A stretch of 64,000 nucleotides of DNA, taken from a virus (Duplodnaviria; Caudoviricetes). Positions 55,534 through 63,933 of this stretch are shown here, piece by piece. The stretch spans positions 1 through 64,000 of the IMG/VR virus record IMGVR_UViG_3300030846_000100; one strand, 5' to 3'. The translations under genes were made by a program, and so were the position numbers. The notes below the pieces were generated by a model. It saw only the letters and a program-made list of their open reading frames with translations. It did no database searches and was not told the DNA's origin. Positions within the stretch are counted from its first letter, which is position 1, and every line of letters starts with the position of its first letter.

Positions 55534-56013
55534 TTAAGATGTGCTCCACACCACGTACACATCGATGTCGGGAGGAAGAAGATCACGAACCTGCTGCGGA
55601 AGTTTGTTAATGCGTTCCTCTGCAATCGCTTTCTGCGATTCATTCGGTGTGAACATCAAGCTCGACAATTTCACGTTCTCGCCGCATTCATCAAATGAAC
55701 CAAGTTCAAAACCGATCCAACCCGCCTGAACGTATCCACGACCCGTGTATGCCGTGTCAAAGAAATCACCTGATTCGAACAGGAACTCGAGAAGATCGTT
55801 GCCATCGACAATATTATTGTCTGAAATCCATTCCTTGTCGATCGATGCGATGTCGATGTTCTTGACGCTCGTTTCAAAATATTCAGAATTCGGTAATCCG
55901 TAGATTACCTTGGCAATCGCGTATGTCATGATGAACGATAACACATGTACGATGTCAAAACACCAATAATTACGTTCGTTCGTGCACGGCGAGTGCAATG
56001 CTCTCGCAGACAC
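55534..56013 (-). CDS. Acidic hypothetical protein
   Basis: Coherent ORF; true start probably MTYAIAK. Confidence 0.55.
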   Translation of the reverse strand: MSARALHSPCTNERNYWCFDIVHVLSFIMTYAIAKVIYGLPNSEYFETSVKNIDIASIDKEWISDNNIVDGNDLLEFLFESGDFFDTAYTGRGYVQAGWIGFELGSFDECGENVKLSSLMFTPNESQKAIAEERINKLPQQVRDLLPPDIDVYVVWSTS

Positions 56014-56398
56014 GACGTTGAATCTTAACGACGATGCTGGTATCCATCAATCCAAGCTTTCGTAATTCATCGATCGTCAATCTCGAAATGGCACCGACCG
56101 ATACAAGGTGATCAACCAGCACCTCGGTTCGTTCTATCGACAGGGCGGCAACGGCGGACAGGTCACCGAGGAACATCGTGTCACGTCGATCCAGCGCGTT
56201 GATCATGTGCTTCATCGCCATTCTGCTCGAGGGATCGTCGCACTTTGATGTGCAAGATGACCCTGACGGTGCTGAATTTCTCGTCTTAAAGTGATCAAAA
56301 TCGTCCAGGAGGTCAAACAGCGGCATCGTGATCTGTAAATATCGATCACCTCGGTGCATTGCAAAACTTTTGAGCTCGTTCGTGGTGATGAACCTCAT
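55970..56398 (-). CDS. Hypothetical protein, possible winged-helix C-terminus
   Basis: 142 aa; LGDLSAVAALSIERTEVLVDHLVSVG. Confidence 0.5.
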   Translation of the reverse strand: MRFITTNELKSFAMHRGDRYLQITMPLFDLLDDFDHFKTRNSAPSGSSCTSKCDDPSSRMAMKHMINALDRRDTMFLGDLSAVAALSIERTEVLVDHLVSVGAISRLTIDELRKLGLMDTSIVVKIQRRVCESIALAVHERT

Positions 56399-56625
56399 TT
56401 CATGACCTTGACCGTGGCAGTGTCGTAATCGACGTACGAGACGATCTGTCGGTGGCGCCTTCTAAGGAATGTCGCCTCTGTCAAATGCGGTTCAATCCTT
56501 GACACGGAGATCACGAGGTACGGGCCGTCACCGTGGATCATCGTCATTCCAGGCAGCTGGATCATCGTCATTCCAGGCAGCAGGCACCGCCAAGCAATCC
56601 TGGTTGTAAACCTATCGAAGTTCAT
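56395..56625 (-). CDS. Small L.PG-family protein with 8-aa tandem duplication
   Basis: LLPGMTMIQLPGMTMIH...YLVISV; start refined to MNFDRF. Confidence 0.55.
   Translation of the reverse strand: MNFDRFTTRIAWRCLLPGMTMIQLPGMTMIHGDGPYLVISVSRIEPHLTEATFLRRRHRQIVSYVDYDTATVKVMK
56534..56581. repeat. Exact 24-bp in-frame tandem duplication
   Basis: tggatcatcgtcattccaggcagc x2. Confidence 0.95.
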
Positions 56626-56742
56626 AAAAACACACAGCATCGTATGCCTCGTCCTGTGCCTGTCGTTGAAGCGCTCGCTGCAACCCGTCATTTTCGTCTC
56701 ATCCCGGATACTACGTGGCTGCAATGCGTTTTGTCGCACTTC

Positions 56743-57529
56743 GTGATGCGATGTTACGCATCACTGTGCGGGGGTTGCAAAGCACATCCGTGCTTTGCAC
56801 GGGTGGATCCCACTGTGTGACCCATTCACTCTCGCGGCACGGACGCACATAGCACACTCACCAGGGCGCTCGCATCGAATGCACTCTTGTCCCTCGTAGC
56901 AACAAAAAGAATCGTGTGTCACCGTAAGTCAAGAGCTTTCGAAATTGGGTTCGGTCCAGGACTCAGTCTTTCCTCTGTTCCTCACGAATTGCTGCGGCTT
57001 TCTCCAACATGAGTTGACTTTGTTGCGTTTTTAATTAACAGTGCTCCGGCGCTCACGCTTCGTTTTCTCTCACTTCCGTTTAAAATTCACCGTCGAGGGG
57101 GGCTGCGAAGAATGCCAGCGTCATTCCGCTCATGATCAGATCGTTCGTCGCCAGCATGAGTTGCTCGCTGCGACTCGCAACCAAGCGAGTCAGTTCATTC
57201 TATCACGTTGAGAGGGCTTGAACACTCGAAAAGACCGGTCGGAACGACTTGCGAGACTACAGTGACTCAGGCGCTCAGAGACTTTCGCTCGCCGCAATAG
57301 TCTCCAGACTTCAGCGGGCACCTTGCGGTGTGTGGAGACTTCGACAGAACGTCTCCGTCTCTCAGTCGTAGAACGATCTACGGGCCTTCTTTTCGAGCTC
57401 ATCGACCTTCGATACCAGTGAGTTGACGAGCTCTTGCAATGCTGTGACCTGATCCTGCAGAGATGCAGGAGGATCGACGTATTCACCACCGGGAGGGTGA
57501 GGATTCTTTTTTGTCTACGCTTGATTCAT
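56743..57529 (-). ncRNA. Candidate large structured non-coding RNA
   Basis: Directly downstream of an early promoter; no credible long ORF; many perfect stems; minus-strand GNRA loop cacc-GCAA-ggtg. Confidence 0.3.
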
Positions 57530-57534
57530 GATTG

Positions 57535-57563
57535 ATCCTAACATATTCATGGCGAAAGAACAC
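57535..57563 (-). promoter_or_regulatory. Early promoter GTGTT-N15-TGT-TAGGAT
   Basis: Fixed-spacing motif; GATC overlaps the -10. Confidence 0.7.
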
Positions 57564-57904
57564 TCATTCATGAGTCGAGTCGACGCTTCATTTCTGAGTG
57601 ACTGGAACGCCAGCAAAATCTTCTGCGACGTTTTCGGACGGCGGAACACATTTTCCTAACGAATCGTCTGCATTCGTTCCTCATTCCGCCTGAGAAGATG
57701 CGTGTGCATGCGAGTCGACGTCGATGCGCCCGTACTCTTTTTCCGCTTTCCAGCAGTGTTTCAAGTCCGAACTGCGCATGCTCGCGTGCCAATGTCGCGA
57801 GCCTCGGCCGACGTTTACGGTTGCGGTCGGTCGCGTGGGGCAACCCGCCCCCTTGTTCATTGTTTCACACTGAAACACGATTGGGTTCAACAGACAGTAA
57901 GGCG

Positions 57905-57922
57905 TGCGTCGACGTCGACGCA
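57905..57922. repeat. Perfect 18-bp palindrome tgcgtcgacgtcgacgca
   Basis: Self-complementary; related gagtcgacgtcgatgc near 57712. Confidence 0.9.
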
Positions 57923-58021
57923 TGCGGGTGTGACAACGTGTACGCCAGGCGACACGCTATTGCGACGCGGTTGCACGGCCGCGGTTACACTTCCGATGTA
58001 AGCTTCGCAATCCGAGATTGT

Positions 58022-58225
58022 TCAGCAATCGAGGCTACGATCAACGATCGTGTCGTTCGGAAGGTCGACGAGCATAGCGAATGCCTTGAGGATTCGTTCC
58101 TTCGAAGGCTTGAACGTCTCGCCCCAAGCCGGTCGCTCGTAACGTGCCGTGACGCACCCATGATCATCACGGAGCTCGAACGTGTCGTAGTTGGTTGAAT
58201 GATCGACGTTGAATGAGTACTTCAT
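58022..58225 (-). CDS. Small early protein
   Basis: Starts 6 nt after the promoter motif. Confidence 0.65.
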   Translation of the reverse strand: MKYSFNVDHSTNYDTFELRDDHGCVTARYERPAWGETFKPSKERILKAFAMLVDLPNDTIVDRSLDC

Positions 58226-58231
58226 GATCTT

Positions 58232-58260
58232 ATCCTAACACGTTTTGTTGGTGAAAACAC
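58232..58260 (-). promoter_or_regulatory. Early promoter GTGTT-N15-TGT-TAGGAT
   Basis: Followed by aagatcATG. Confidence 0.7.
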
Positions 58261-58261
58261 G

Positions 58262-58453
58262 TTAAAGAGGACGCTGTTCGGTGGTGACCAGAACGTGCAG
58301 TCCTTGGTTGACGGGCTCGTGACCTTCGAGCGTGAGTTCGTTCTCAGAAAAGTACGACTTCGCTATCTCCCACGCTGCAGTCGCATCACGTTCGATGACG
58401 ACCATCGTTCCTGCTGACGAGCGTGAGGACCAGGTGAAGGTGTAGAGGAACAT
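58262..58453 (-). CDS. Small early protein
   Basis: 63 aa, TAATG coupling. Confidence 0.6.
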   Translation of the reverse strand: MFLYTFTWSSRSSAGTMVVIERDATAAWEIAKSYFSENELTLEGHEPVNQGLHVLVTTEQRPL

Positions 58454-58674
58454 TAGAGAATCCCATGTTGAGAATGTTTAGCAAGCAACTCACGCTTGGC
58501 GGCAACGCATGATTCGAACATCTCCTTCGAGATGACAACAAAATCGAGTCCGTTGTTCCCCGGATCACGACCATGAACGTCCTTGATCAATTTCTTCAAT
58601 GCACGTTCGTTCTTAGCTTCGATGAAACACACGATCGTTCCCAGATTCAGCCTTAGGTTCACCTTGAAGTACAT
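58453..58674 (-). CDS. Small early protein
   Basis: 73 aa, directly after a promoter. Confidence 0.65.
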   Translation of the reverse strand: MYFKVNLRLNLGTIVCFIEAKNERALKKLIKDVHGRDPGNNGLDFVVISKEMFESCVAAKRELLAKHSQHGIL

Positions 58675-58680
58675 GATCTA

Positions 58681-58709
58681 AGTGTATCAGGAATCGTGGA
58701 GGAAAACAC
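58681..58709 (-). promoter_or_regulatory. Early promoter GTGTT-N15-TGA-TACACT
   Basis: 35 of 40 nt identical to the copy at 61765-61804 on the opposite strand. Confidence 0.75.
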
Positions 58710-58848
58710 AAACGATTTCACTTCGTTCCGTCTTGGAAATGACAATCGGGAGATCGGACCCATTCCAACCTCCCGACCACCATTGTTTACCCAGGATCTA
58801 TTTTGGTAGGCGTGATAAGTCTATCGTACTCCTTATGACACCGACGTA

Positions 58849-59061
58849 TCAATGTCTCGCCAAGCACTGCACGTGCGTGTTGGTACGCTTCGCTCGATCG
58901 AACGATACGATGCGTGAATCTATCAGCAACGTCACCCTCGTCCCTTCGATACCGACGACCATTCGAGGTTTCACAATGGAACCATCGGGCTCCAGGCTCA
59001 TGTCCTGCATCAGGATGTCCCCGGGTGAAACATCTTCCCAGTGCATGAATTGCTTTTTCAT
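58849..59061 (-). CDS. Small L.PGD-family protein
   Basis: WEDVSPGDILM...RMVVGIEGTRVTLL. Confidence 0.6.
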   Translation of the reverse strand: MKKQFMHWEDVSPGDILMQDMSLEPDGSIVKPRMVVGIEGTRVTLLIDSRIVSFDRAKRTNTHVQCLARH

Positions 59062-59501
59062 TGTTCCTTCACTCCCACGATCACCGCGATCATTTCAAGT
59101 CTCTTCAGCATCTCCAGGAACATTCCCGGATGATCCATCTTTGCTAGGTCCATCGCAAGCATCGCTCTCGGGTGCGAGTGCAATCGCGTCTCCATGAGGG
59201 CGTCGATGATGAACAGACCTTCGAGTTGGTCTGCTCTTTTTTTCCATTTCACCTTTGCTTCCATGTTGGCGGCCGGCCAGGGTTCCTTGTTGGTGTACGT
59301 GCCGAGCCTTATCTTATCGCGTACGCTGAATCGATCAACTCGAGGCAGGTAGCGCAGTCGGGTGTGATCCCGTTCGTCAATCGACTTCTCTTCATTCCCT
59401 CCTTGAGTGTGAGAACCTCTTGAAGGTTCCAAAGGTTCACCGTGTATTCCCTTGTATTCCGTCATACCACTTCCTTTCTCCCGACGTGATGAATGTGACA
59501 T
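59058..59501 (-). CDS. Hypothetical protein
   Basis: 147 aa, ATGA coupled; start uncertain. Confidence 0.55.
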   Translation of the reverse strand: MSHSSRREKGSGMTEYKGIHGEPLEPSRGSHTQGGNEEKSIDERDHTRLRYLPRVDRFSVRDKIRLGTYTNKEPWPAANMEAKVKWKKRADQLEGLFIIDALMETRLHSHPRAMLAMDLAKMDHPGMFLEMLKRLEMIAVIVGVKEQ

Positions 59502-59647
59502 TATTTACCAGGTATGTGACATTTTTGTGTTTCGAACTCAAATCATGTGATAAGGTTAATTTGTACGAACATGCAAACATGTTCTTAACGCTGGATCGCA
59601 TTTGAAAGTGTTCAAATGCGAAGGTTCTTAACAAAGGAAAAATCATA

Positions 59648-60199
59648 ATGGAAAATCAGTCCGCTAACAACGAAGAGACGGTCACGAACGAGAACGTGAC
59701 CGAGGAAACATCCACCAAGGTTAAGAAAACGAAGTTAACCCCGGATGAGAAGGCAGAACGTAAGGCTGCACGTGAGGTCAAGCGGGCTGAGAAGGAAGCG
59801 AATCGTCCTCCCAAGCATTCCGCGAAGGTTGCAACGGCTCGGAACAGGCTTCCGAAGCTCGACAATGACTTGGTGAAGACATTCGATAGCTTGGTTGGGG
59901 AACTTACCAACGTTCAGTTGGAGACCCTCTCAAGTCACTTGGCACTCACTGCACGGGAGCGTCGTACGACCTCTGCGGTTGGGAAGACCGTCAAGCAGGG
60001 TCAGGTGGTCAGGATTGTCGATGGTGATGCGGGTTTCGTCGGTCAGATCGGAACCGTCACCAAGGCGAATCGAATTCGGTGCTACGTGGAGGTTCCCGGA
60101 GCCGAGAATCCACTGTACCTGTTCACTTCCGACGTTGAGTCGGTGGAGAACGATGTTGAGATCGAGGATGCAGACCTCTCCGTGGCCGCTTCGGCTTGA
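59648..60199 (+). CDS. Charged protein with C-terminal KOW/SH3-like domain
   Basis: K/E/A-rich helix, then VKQGQVVRIVDG....GQIGTV. Confidence 0.7.
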   Translation: MENQSANNEETVTNENVTEETSTKVKKTKLTPDEKAERKAAREVKRAEKEANRPPKHSAKVATARNRLPKLDNDLVKTFDSLVGELTNVQLETLSSHLALTARERRTTSAVGKTVKQGQVVRIVDGDAGFVGQIGTVTKANRIRCYVEVPGAENPLYLFTSDVESVENDVEIEDADLSVAASA

Positions 60200-60244
60200 A
60201 GCCTTCGCTTGCTGGCGGTTTGATTTCTCACCTGGTAGAAATTA

Positions 60245-60285
60245 GTTTGGGGATGGATCGCAGCAAATCAATCACATCCCCAAAC
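60245..60285 (+). terminator. 11-bp inverted repeat, possible terminator
   Basis: gtttggggatg / catccccaaac after the gene ending at 60199. Confidence 0.5.
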
Positions 60286-60357
60286 CTTTCAACTCCTGCT
60301 TTTTAACGTTGCTTTCCCCCTTCACTATAAGGGTTCTGCATCGCACATCAGCAGTGA

Positions 60358-60394
60358 CATCACGATCTCGCTCCTCGCGGGAGCGTTCGTGATG
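60358..60394 (-). terminator. Extended hairpin after gene 60402-60644
   Basis: catcacga...cgctcc/ggagcg...tcgtgatg. Confidence 0.45.
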
Positions 60395-60401
60395 AACTTC
60401 A

Positions 60402-60644
60402 TCAGGCAGCCTGCACCGAAGAATCCGTGTCCTCCTCGTCACCACCGAGCTTCTCGATCTTCCTGATCATGTTCACGTTCTCGGTGATCAGCAACAGAGC
60501 CGTGCTGACGGCATCGTATGCAGCATAGTGCTGCTTGTCACTGTTCTTCGGGGTTGTCGGGAGCTGAACACCCTCGAGTGCCTTTTGGGCTCCACGGGTC
60601 AGCTTCTTGATTCGGTCCAGGTGAAAGCGAGTCAAATTTTCCAT
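60402..60644 (-). CDS. Small hypothetical protein
   Basis: 80 aa ORF with AGG-type RBS. Confidence 0.6.
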   Translation of the reverse strand: MENLTRFHLDRIKKLTRGAQKALEGVQLPTTPKNSDKQHYAAYDAVSTALLLITENVNMIRKIEKLGGDEEDTDSSVQAA

Positions 60645-60879
60645 GGTGTGTTACATACCTTTCTTTTTGTCCTCTTTTGACGAACATCGTTGTGACGGTT
60701 CGTTCATGAACATGTTTGTAACACGGTGTGTCAATGTCCAACACAACAAAGATGCGAGTTAATGAACAATTTATGTCGCATGATTGTACGTCGTGTGACA
60801 TTTATGTTACATGGTACATATTGTCACAATGCTGCAACCCTCGTGATCTCGATTATTCTCGAGATGAAAGGATTAAACC

Positions 60880-61182
60880 TTGACCTTTGAATCATTCGGT
60901 GACATGAACTTAGCGTGGCAACTCGTGATCATAATCGGGACGACCGGAATCATGTGCGGCGCAATCGGCGGTGTGTTCATGCTGCAGGATCGTTGGCACG
61001 AGCGCAAGTTCGCGACGAATGACACTGTCGTGTTCGCGCAAACGATCGATACACGTTTCAAGATCATAGCGAACCGTGTTAAGGATCTTGAAAAGGCGCT
61101 CAAAAATTCGAACATCGACCTGGCTGAGGATTTCTCCAAGACTCACGAGTTCGATACGAGAACCCGAGTCTTCAAACGATGA
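60880..61182 (+). CDS. Membrane-anchored coiled-coil protein
   Basis: N-terminal TM then a helical segment. Confidence 0.6.
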   Translation: MTFESFGDMNLAWQLVIIIGTTGIMCGAIGGVFMLQDRWHERKFATNDTVVFAQTIDTRFKIIANRVKDLEKALKNSNIDLAEDFSKTHEFDTRTRVFKR

Positions 61183-61376
61183 AGGTTGACATCATCGATC
61201 TCGACCCGGGCGACCTGCTCGTGGTTGGATCGTACGTATACATCGTAGTGTCGTTCTCGCATGGCGAGGTCAACGTCCTTTCACCCATGACGAACTCATT
61301 GGTTTCGATATCGATACAGAGATCAAGATTATTTCTGTCAGGTATTACAACACACGTGAAATGCAATTGTGCATAA
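61179..61376 (+). CDS. Small L.PGD-family protein
   Basis: IIDLDPGDLLV..YVYIVVSF. Confidence 0.6.
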   Translation: MKVDIIDLDPGDLLVVGSYVYIVVSFSHGEVNVLSPMTNSLVSISIQRSRLFLSGITTHVKCNCA

Positions 61377-61445
61377 CTTTAAAATGTAAATCTTCAGGAA
61401 TCCTGTTACAATGACTTTCATCAACGAACATGAAAGAGGAACAAG

Positions 61446-61709
61446 ATGTGCAGGATTTCTTTTAAGATGGGAGACCGTGTCCGTCTCGCGGACGGAAGGT
61501 TGGGCTTCGTAGCTTGTCCCCTGTTGGGACTCGTGATCGATGTCGCTTTCATACGAAACGGTGACATGACGCTCGAAACGGTTCCGAAATGGAATGTTAA
61601 CAACCTCGAAGCCAAGGGATCATGCAATACCTGTTCGACGTCGGCATTGAATGAACTTTCGGGAGTTGTCCAATTGGAAATCCATTCAGGTATGCCGAAG
61701 CATCGTTGA
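61446..61709 (+). CDS. Small KOW-like protein
   Basis: FKMGDRVRLADGRLG. Confidence 0.45.
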   Translation: MCRISFKMGDRVRLADGRLGFVACPLLGLVIDVAFIRNGDMTLETVPKWNVNNLEAKGSCNTCSTSALNELSGVVQLEIHSGMPKHR

Positions 61710-61766
61710 CCGACTCAGGATGGCAATCAACGATCGAGCAAATTGAAATCATGAACGTATAATGTT

Positions 61767-61795
61767 GTGTTTTCCTCAACGAATCCTGATATCAT
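61767..61795 (+). promoter_or_regulatory. Early promoter GTGTT-N15-TGA-TATCAT
   Basis: Followed by tagatcATG. Confidence 0.75.
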
Positions 61796-61801
61796 TAGAT
61801 C

Positions 61802-62119
61802 ATGAACAAGAACAACGTCCCTCGTACCGAATCGCTTCCGAGCGTCAACAACGTCACCTTCAAGGTCGGGGATGGCGTTCACTGGGGTTTCAACGGTGAC
61901 ACACGTCCAGGTACCGTCGTCGCTGTGAGCAGGTCGGGTCGGGAGGTCACTGTCGTTCTGGATAAATTCGTGATCGACGAGGATGATAAAGGCTTCAAGG
62001 AAGGTCCGCGTAAAGGAACGTTCATTCAAAGACCACGAAACAACCTCGAATGTCCGATGAACGCCGTGAATTCTTTCGACAATGTGGTAAACGTGGTGCG
62101 GCGAAATCAAAACGTTTGA
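61802..62119 (+). CDS. Early SH3-like protein
   Basis: FKVGDGVHW...D.RPGTVVAVS.SG. Confidence 0.65.
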   Translation: MNKNNVPRTESLPSVNNVTFKVGDGVHWGFNGDTRPGTVVAVSRSGREVTVVLDKFVIDEDDKGFKEGPRKGTFIQRPRNNLECPMNAVNSFDNVVNVVRRNQNV

Positions 62120-62394
62120 GGGTTAGCGGGCCCGCTGTCTAAGCCAGCCCCAAACCAGCTGGTAAAACCAGCCCCATTTAAGCCTAGGGGCCAGGCCAGC
62201 CCGTTGCAACCTTTTTAGGGCCTTCTCGAGCCACTCCCCGGGACTAAGGGCTCCTCAACAGCGCGCGTGTTTTCATTCAGAATTCGAGACATGTTCTTTC
62301 CCATCGAAAGTGATATCGGTGGCCCTTCCGACGATCGATTCGTACCATTGATCGTGTTCTTTTTCCAGACAGTGATGAGGTTCTTTGAGGTCAA

Positions 62395-62667
62395 GTGAGC
62401 GCCTTCGGCGAGGGTATCGGCGAGGGTATTGACATCCCGTTTACGGAAATACTTCCGGGTGATCTGATCGTACCGCTCTCATGGAAAATTCTGTGCGTGT
62501 TATCAATCGTTCGCGTCGAGCATCCGTACGAGGATTCTTTTTATCGGCTACAATTCCTTGCGAAGCAGGATCGGCTGCGGTGGGTTCATGATTCAGTATC
62601 GTACAGGCAACAATCGCATTTTGGGGCGAGATACCACTACCGAAACGGTCAATCGTTGAAATTCTAG
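62395..62667 (+). CDS. Small L.PGD-family protein
   Basis: FTEILPGDLIV...ILCVLSI. Confidence 0.55.
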   Translation: MSAFGEGIGEGIDIPFTEILPGDLIVPLSWKILCVLSIVRVEHPYEDSFYRLQFLAKQDRLRWVHDSVSYRQQSHFGARYHYRNGQSLKF

Positions 62668-62703
62668 GAACGTGATGCAAATTTGGGTTTTCTGTTTAAA
62701 TTG

Positions 62704-62732
62704 TTGTTCTTTCCTCACGAAAGTAATATCCT
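62704..62732 (+). promoter_or_regulatory. Early promoter TTGTT-N15-TAA-TATCCT
   Basis: Followed by tagatcATG. Confidence 0.65.
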
Positions 62733-62738
62733 TAGATC

Positions 62739-62927
62739 ATGAAACACTCCACTCGCATCATCAAGTCCCTCAAGAAGAACCAGCCCACGAACCTCCTCAT
62801 CAAGTGGGGTGATAACACCACCTTGAATCTCAAAGGCGTCGTGAAGAAGGTGAATCATACCAAGCGAGAGATCATGGTCATTTCCAATGGCATCGAGTAC
62901 ACCTTCGGTTTCGAGAACGTCGTATGA
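62739..62927 (+). CDS. Small early protein
   Basis: 62 aa directly after a promoter. Confidence 0.65.
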   Translation: MKHSTRIIKSLKKNQPTNLLIKWGDNTTLNLKGVVKKVNHTKREIMVISNGIEYTFGFENVV

Positions 62928-63099
62928 ACGACAGGATCAAGAAGGCCTCGGACAATGTCCGAGGCCTTCGAGAAAGCGAAGACAGAGTACTACGAAGAAG
63001 TTGAACTTGCGAGGAAAGAAAATCGTCCGGTTTCGGAGTTCATCGTCGGAAAATTCAATGGGCTGAGCCTGGCCCGTCACATCGTGTGGAACGTGATAA

Positions 63100-63363
63100 A
63101 TGGAAACTAAACGACGACGACGAACTCGCAAAGAACATGCCTGGCATGTTCCTAAATCAAAGGTTCATGTGATCGTACCCGTACGAATCAATTACATACC
63201 TCATGTTCGTTCGATCACGAACGAGGTTTTCCGCTTTGAAAAATCACTTATCAATCGTAACAAGCGCGTCGAGAGACGATTTGCTGAGAATTTCAACCTG
63301 GGTTTGTTGTTAGAGACTGGGCGGCGCGGAACATTCTCATTAAGGTCGCGGATTTATGACTGA
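63100..63363 (+). CDS. Basic hypothetical protein
   Basis: 87 aa ORF. Confidence 0.45.
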   Translation: METKRRRRTRKEHAWHVPKSKVHVIVPVRINYIPHVRSITNEVFRFEKSLINRNKRVERRFAENFNLGLLLETGRRGTFSLRSRIYD

Positions 63364-63653
63364 TGTGCAGAAACGGCTACTCACAATCCGTTTGCGGTTG
63401 CGCCTGGAAGAGACCCTGAAGATGGCTCGAGAATCTGAAATTAGATGGGCTTCAGAAGAGGCTGAAGAAAAACTTAGGCACGTTTGCACGGCTAGGTGCC
63501 CTGTAGACTGCCTATGGTGATTCTTTCTAAGATGATACCGCGGGGGTTCAATAAATGGTGAGTACACCGTCATCCGAAACGGAAAATTGATTAAAGATCG
63601 GTCATTTTTATGCTTCTTTACGAGCTTTTCAATCGTTGGTGCAGAAAGTTTTA

Positions 63654-63682
63654 ATGTTCTTTCACGAGGAACATGATAGGAT
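63654..63682 (+). promoter_or_regulatory. Early promoter ATGTT-N15-TGA-TAGGAT
   Basis: 5 nt before ATG 63688. Confidence 0.7.
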
Positions 63683-63687
63683 CTAAC

Positions 63688-63930
63688 ATGAATTCTTTTC
63701 CGGTTGCTGAAAATGCCCGTTTTCGTCATCGCATCATGCGCAGGGATACAACGGCCACTGAATCATGTGGTCGCGATACGATCAGAATGACACGTACACC
63801 CGATGGCCTACTGGCGATCGCTGATCGTCATGCGAACGAAGGTAACTTTGAGGCATCGGAATTTTTTTTGATGATGGCTGAGAACGCAGAACCGCTCGAA
63901 ATCGAGATTGATTTCGAACCTCTCGGTTAA
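63688..63930 (+). CDS. Small early protein
   Basis: Start refined to MNSFPV. Confidence 0.6.
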   Translation: MNSFPVAENARFRHRIMRRDTTATESCGRDTIRMTRTPDGLLAIADRHANEGNFEASEFFLMMAENAEPLEIEIDFEPLG

Positions 63931-63933
63931 TTT

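Noticed and set aside
56966-56975. RNase P RNA suggested by GAGGAAAGAC on the minus strand
   Set aside because: Does not continue as GAGGAAAGUCC, sits near the 3' end of the block, and no CR-V element was found at the expected distance.
57250-57330. Group I intron core suggested by GAGACTA...TAGTCTC (P7-like) and ccgcaa/ttgcgg (P3-like)
   Set aside because: Only 18 nt separate the P3-like and P7-like strands, leaving no room for P4-P6; there is no AAGAUAU J8/7 and no interrupted host gene.
60794-60828. CRP-type site suggested by TGTGA
   Set aside because: The inverted half-sites are 21 nt apart rather than the TGTGA-N6-TCACA spacing.
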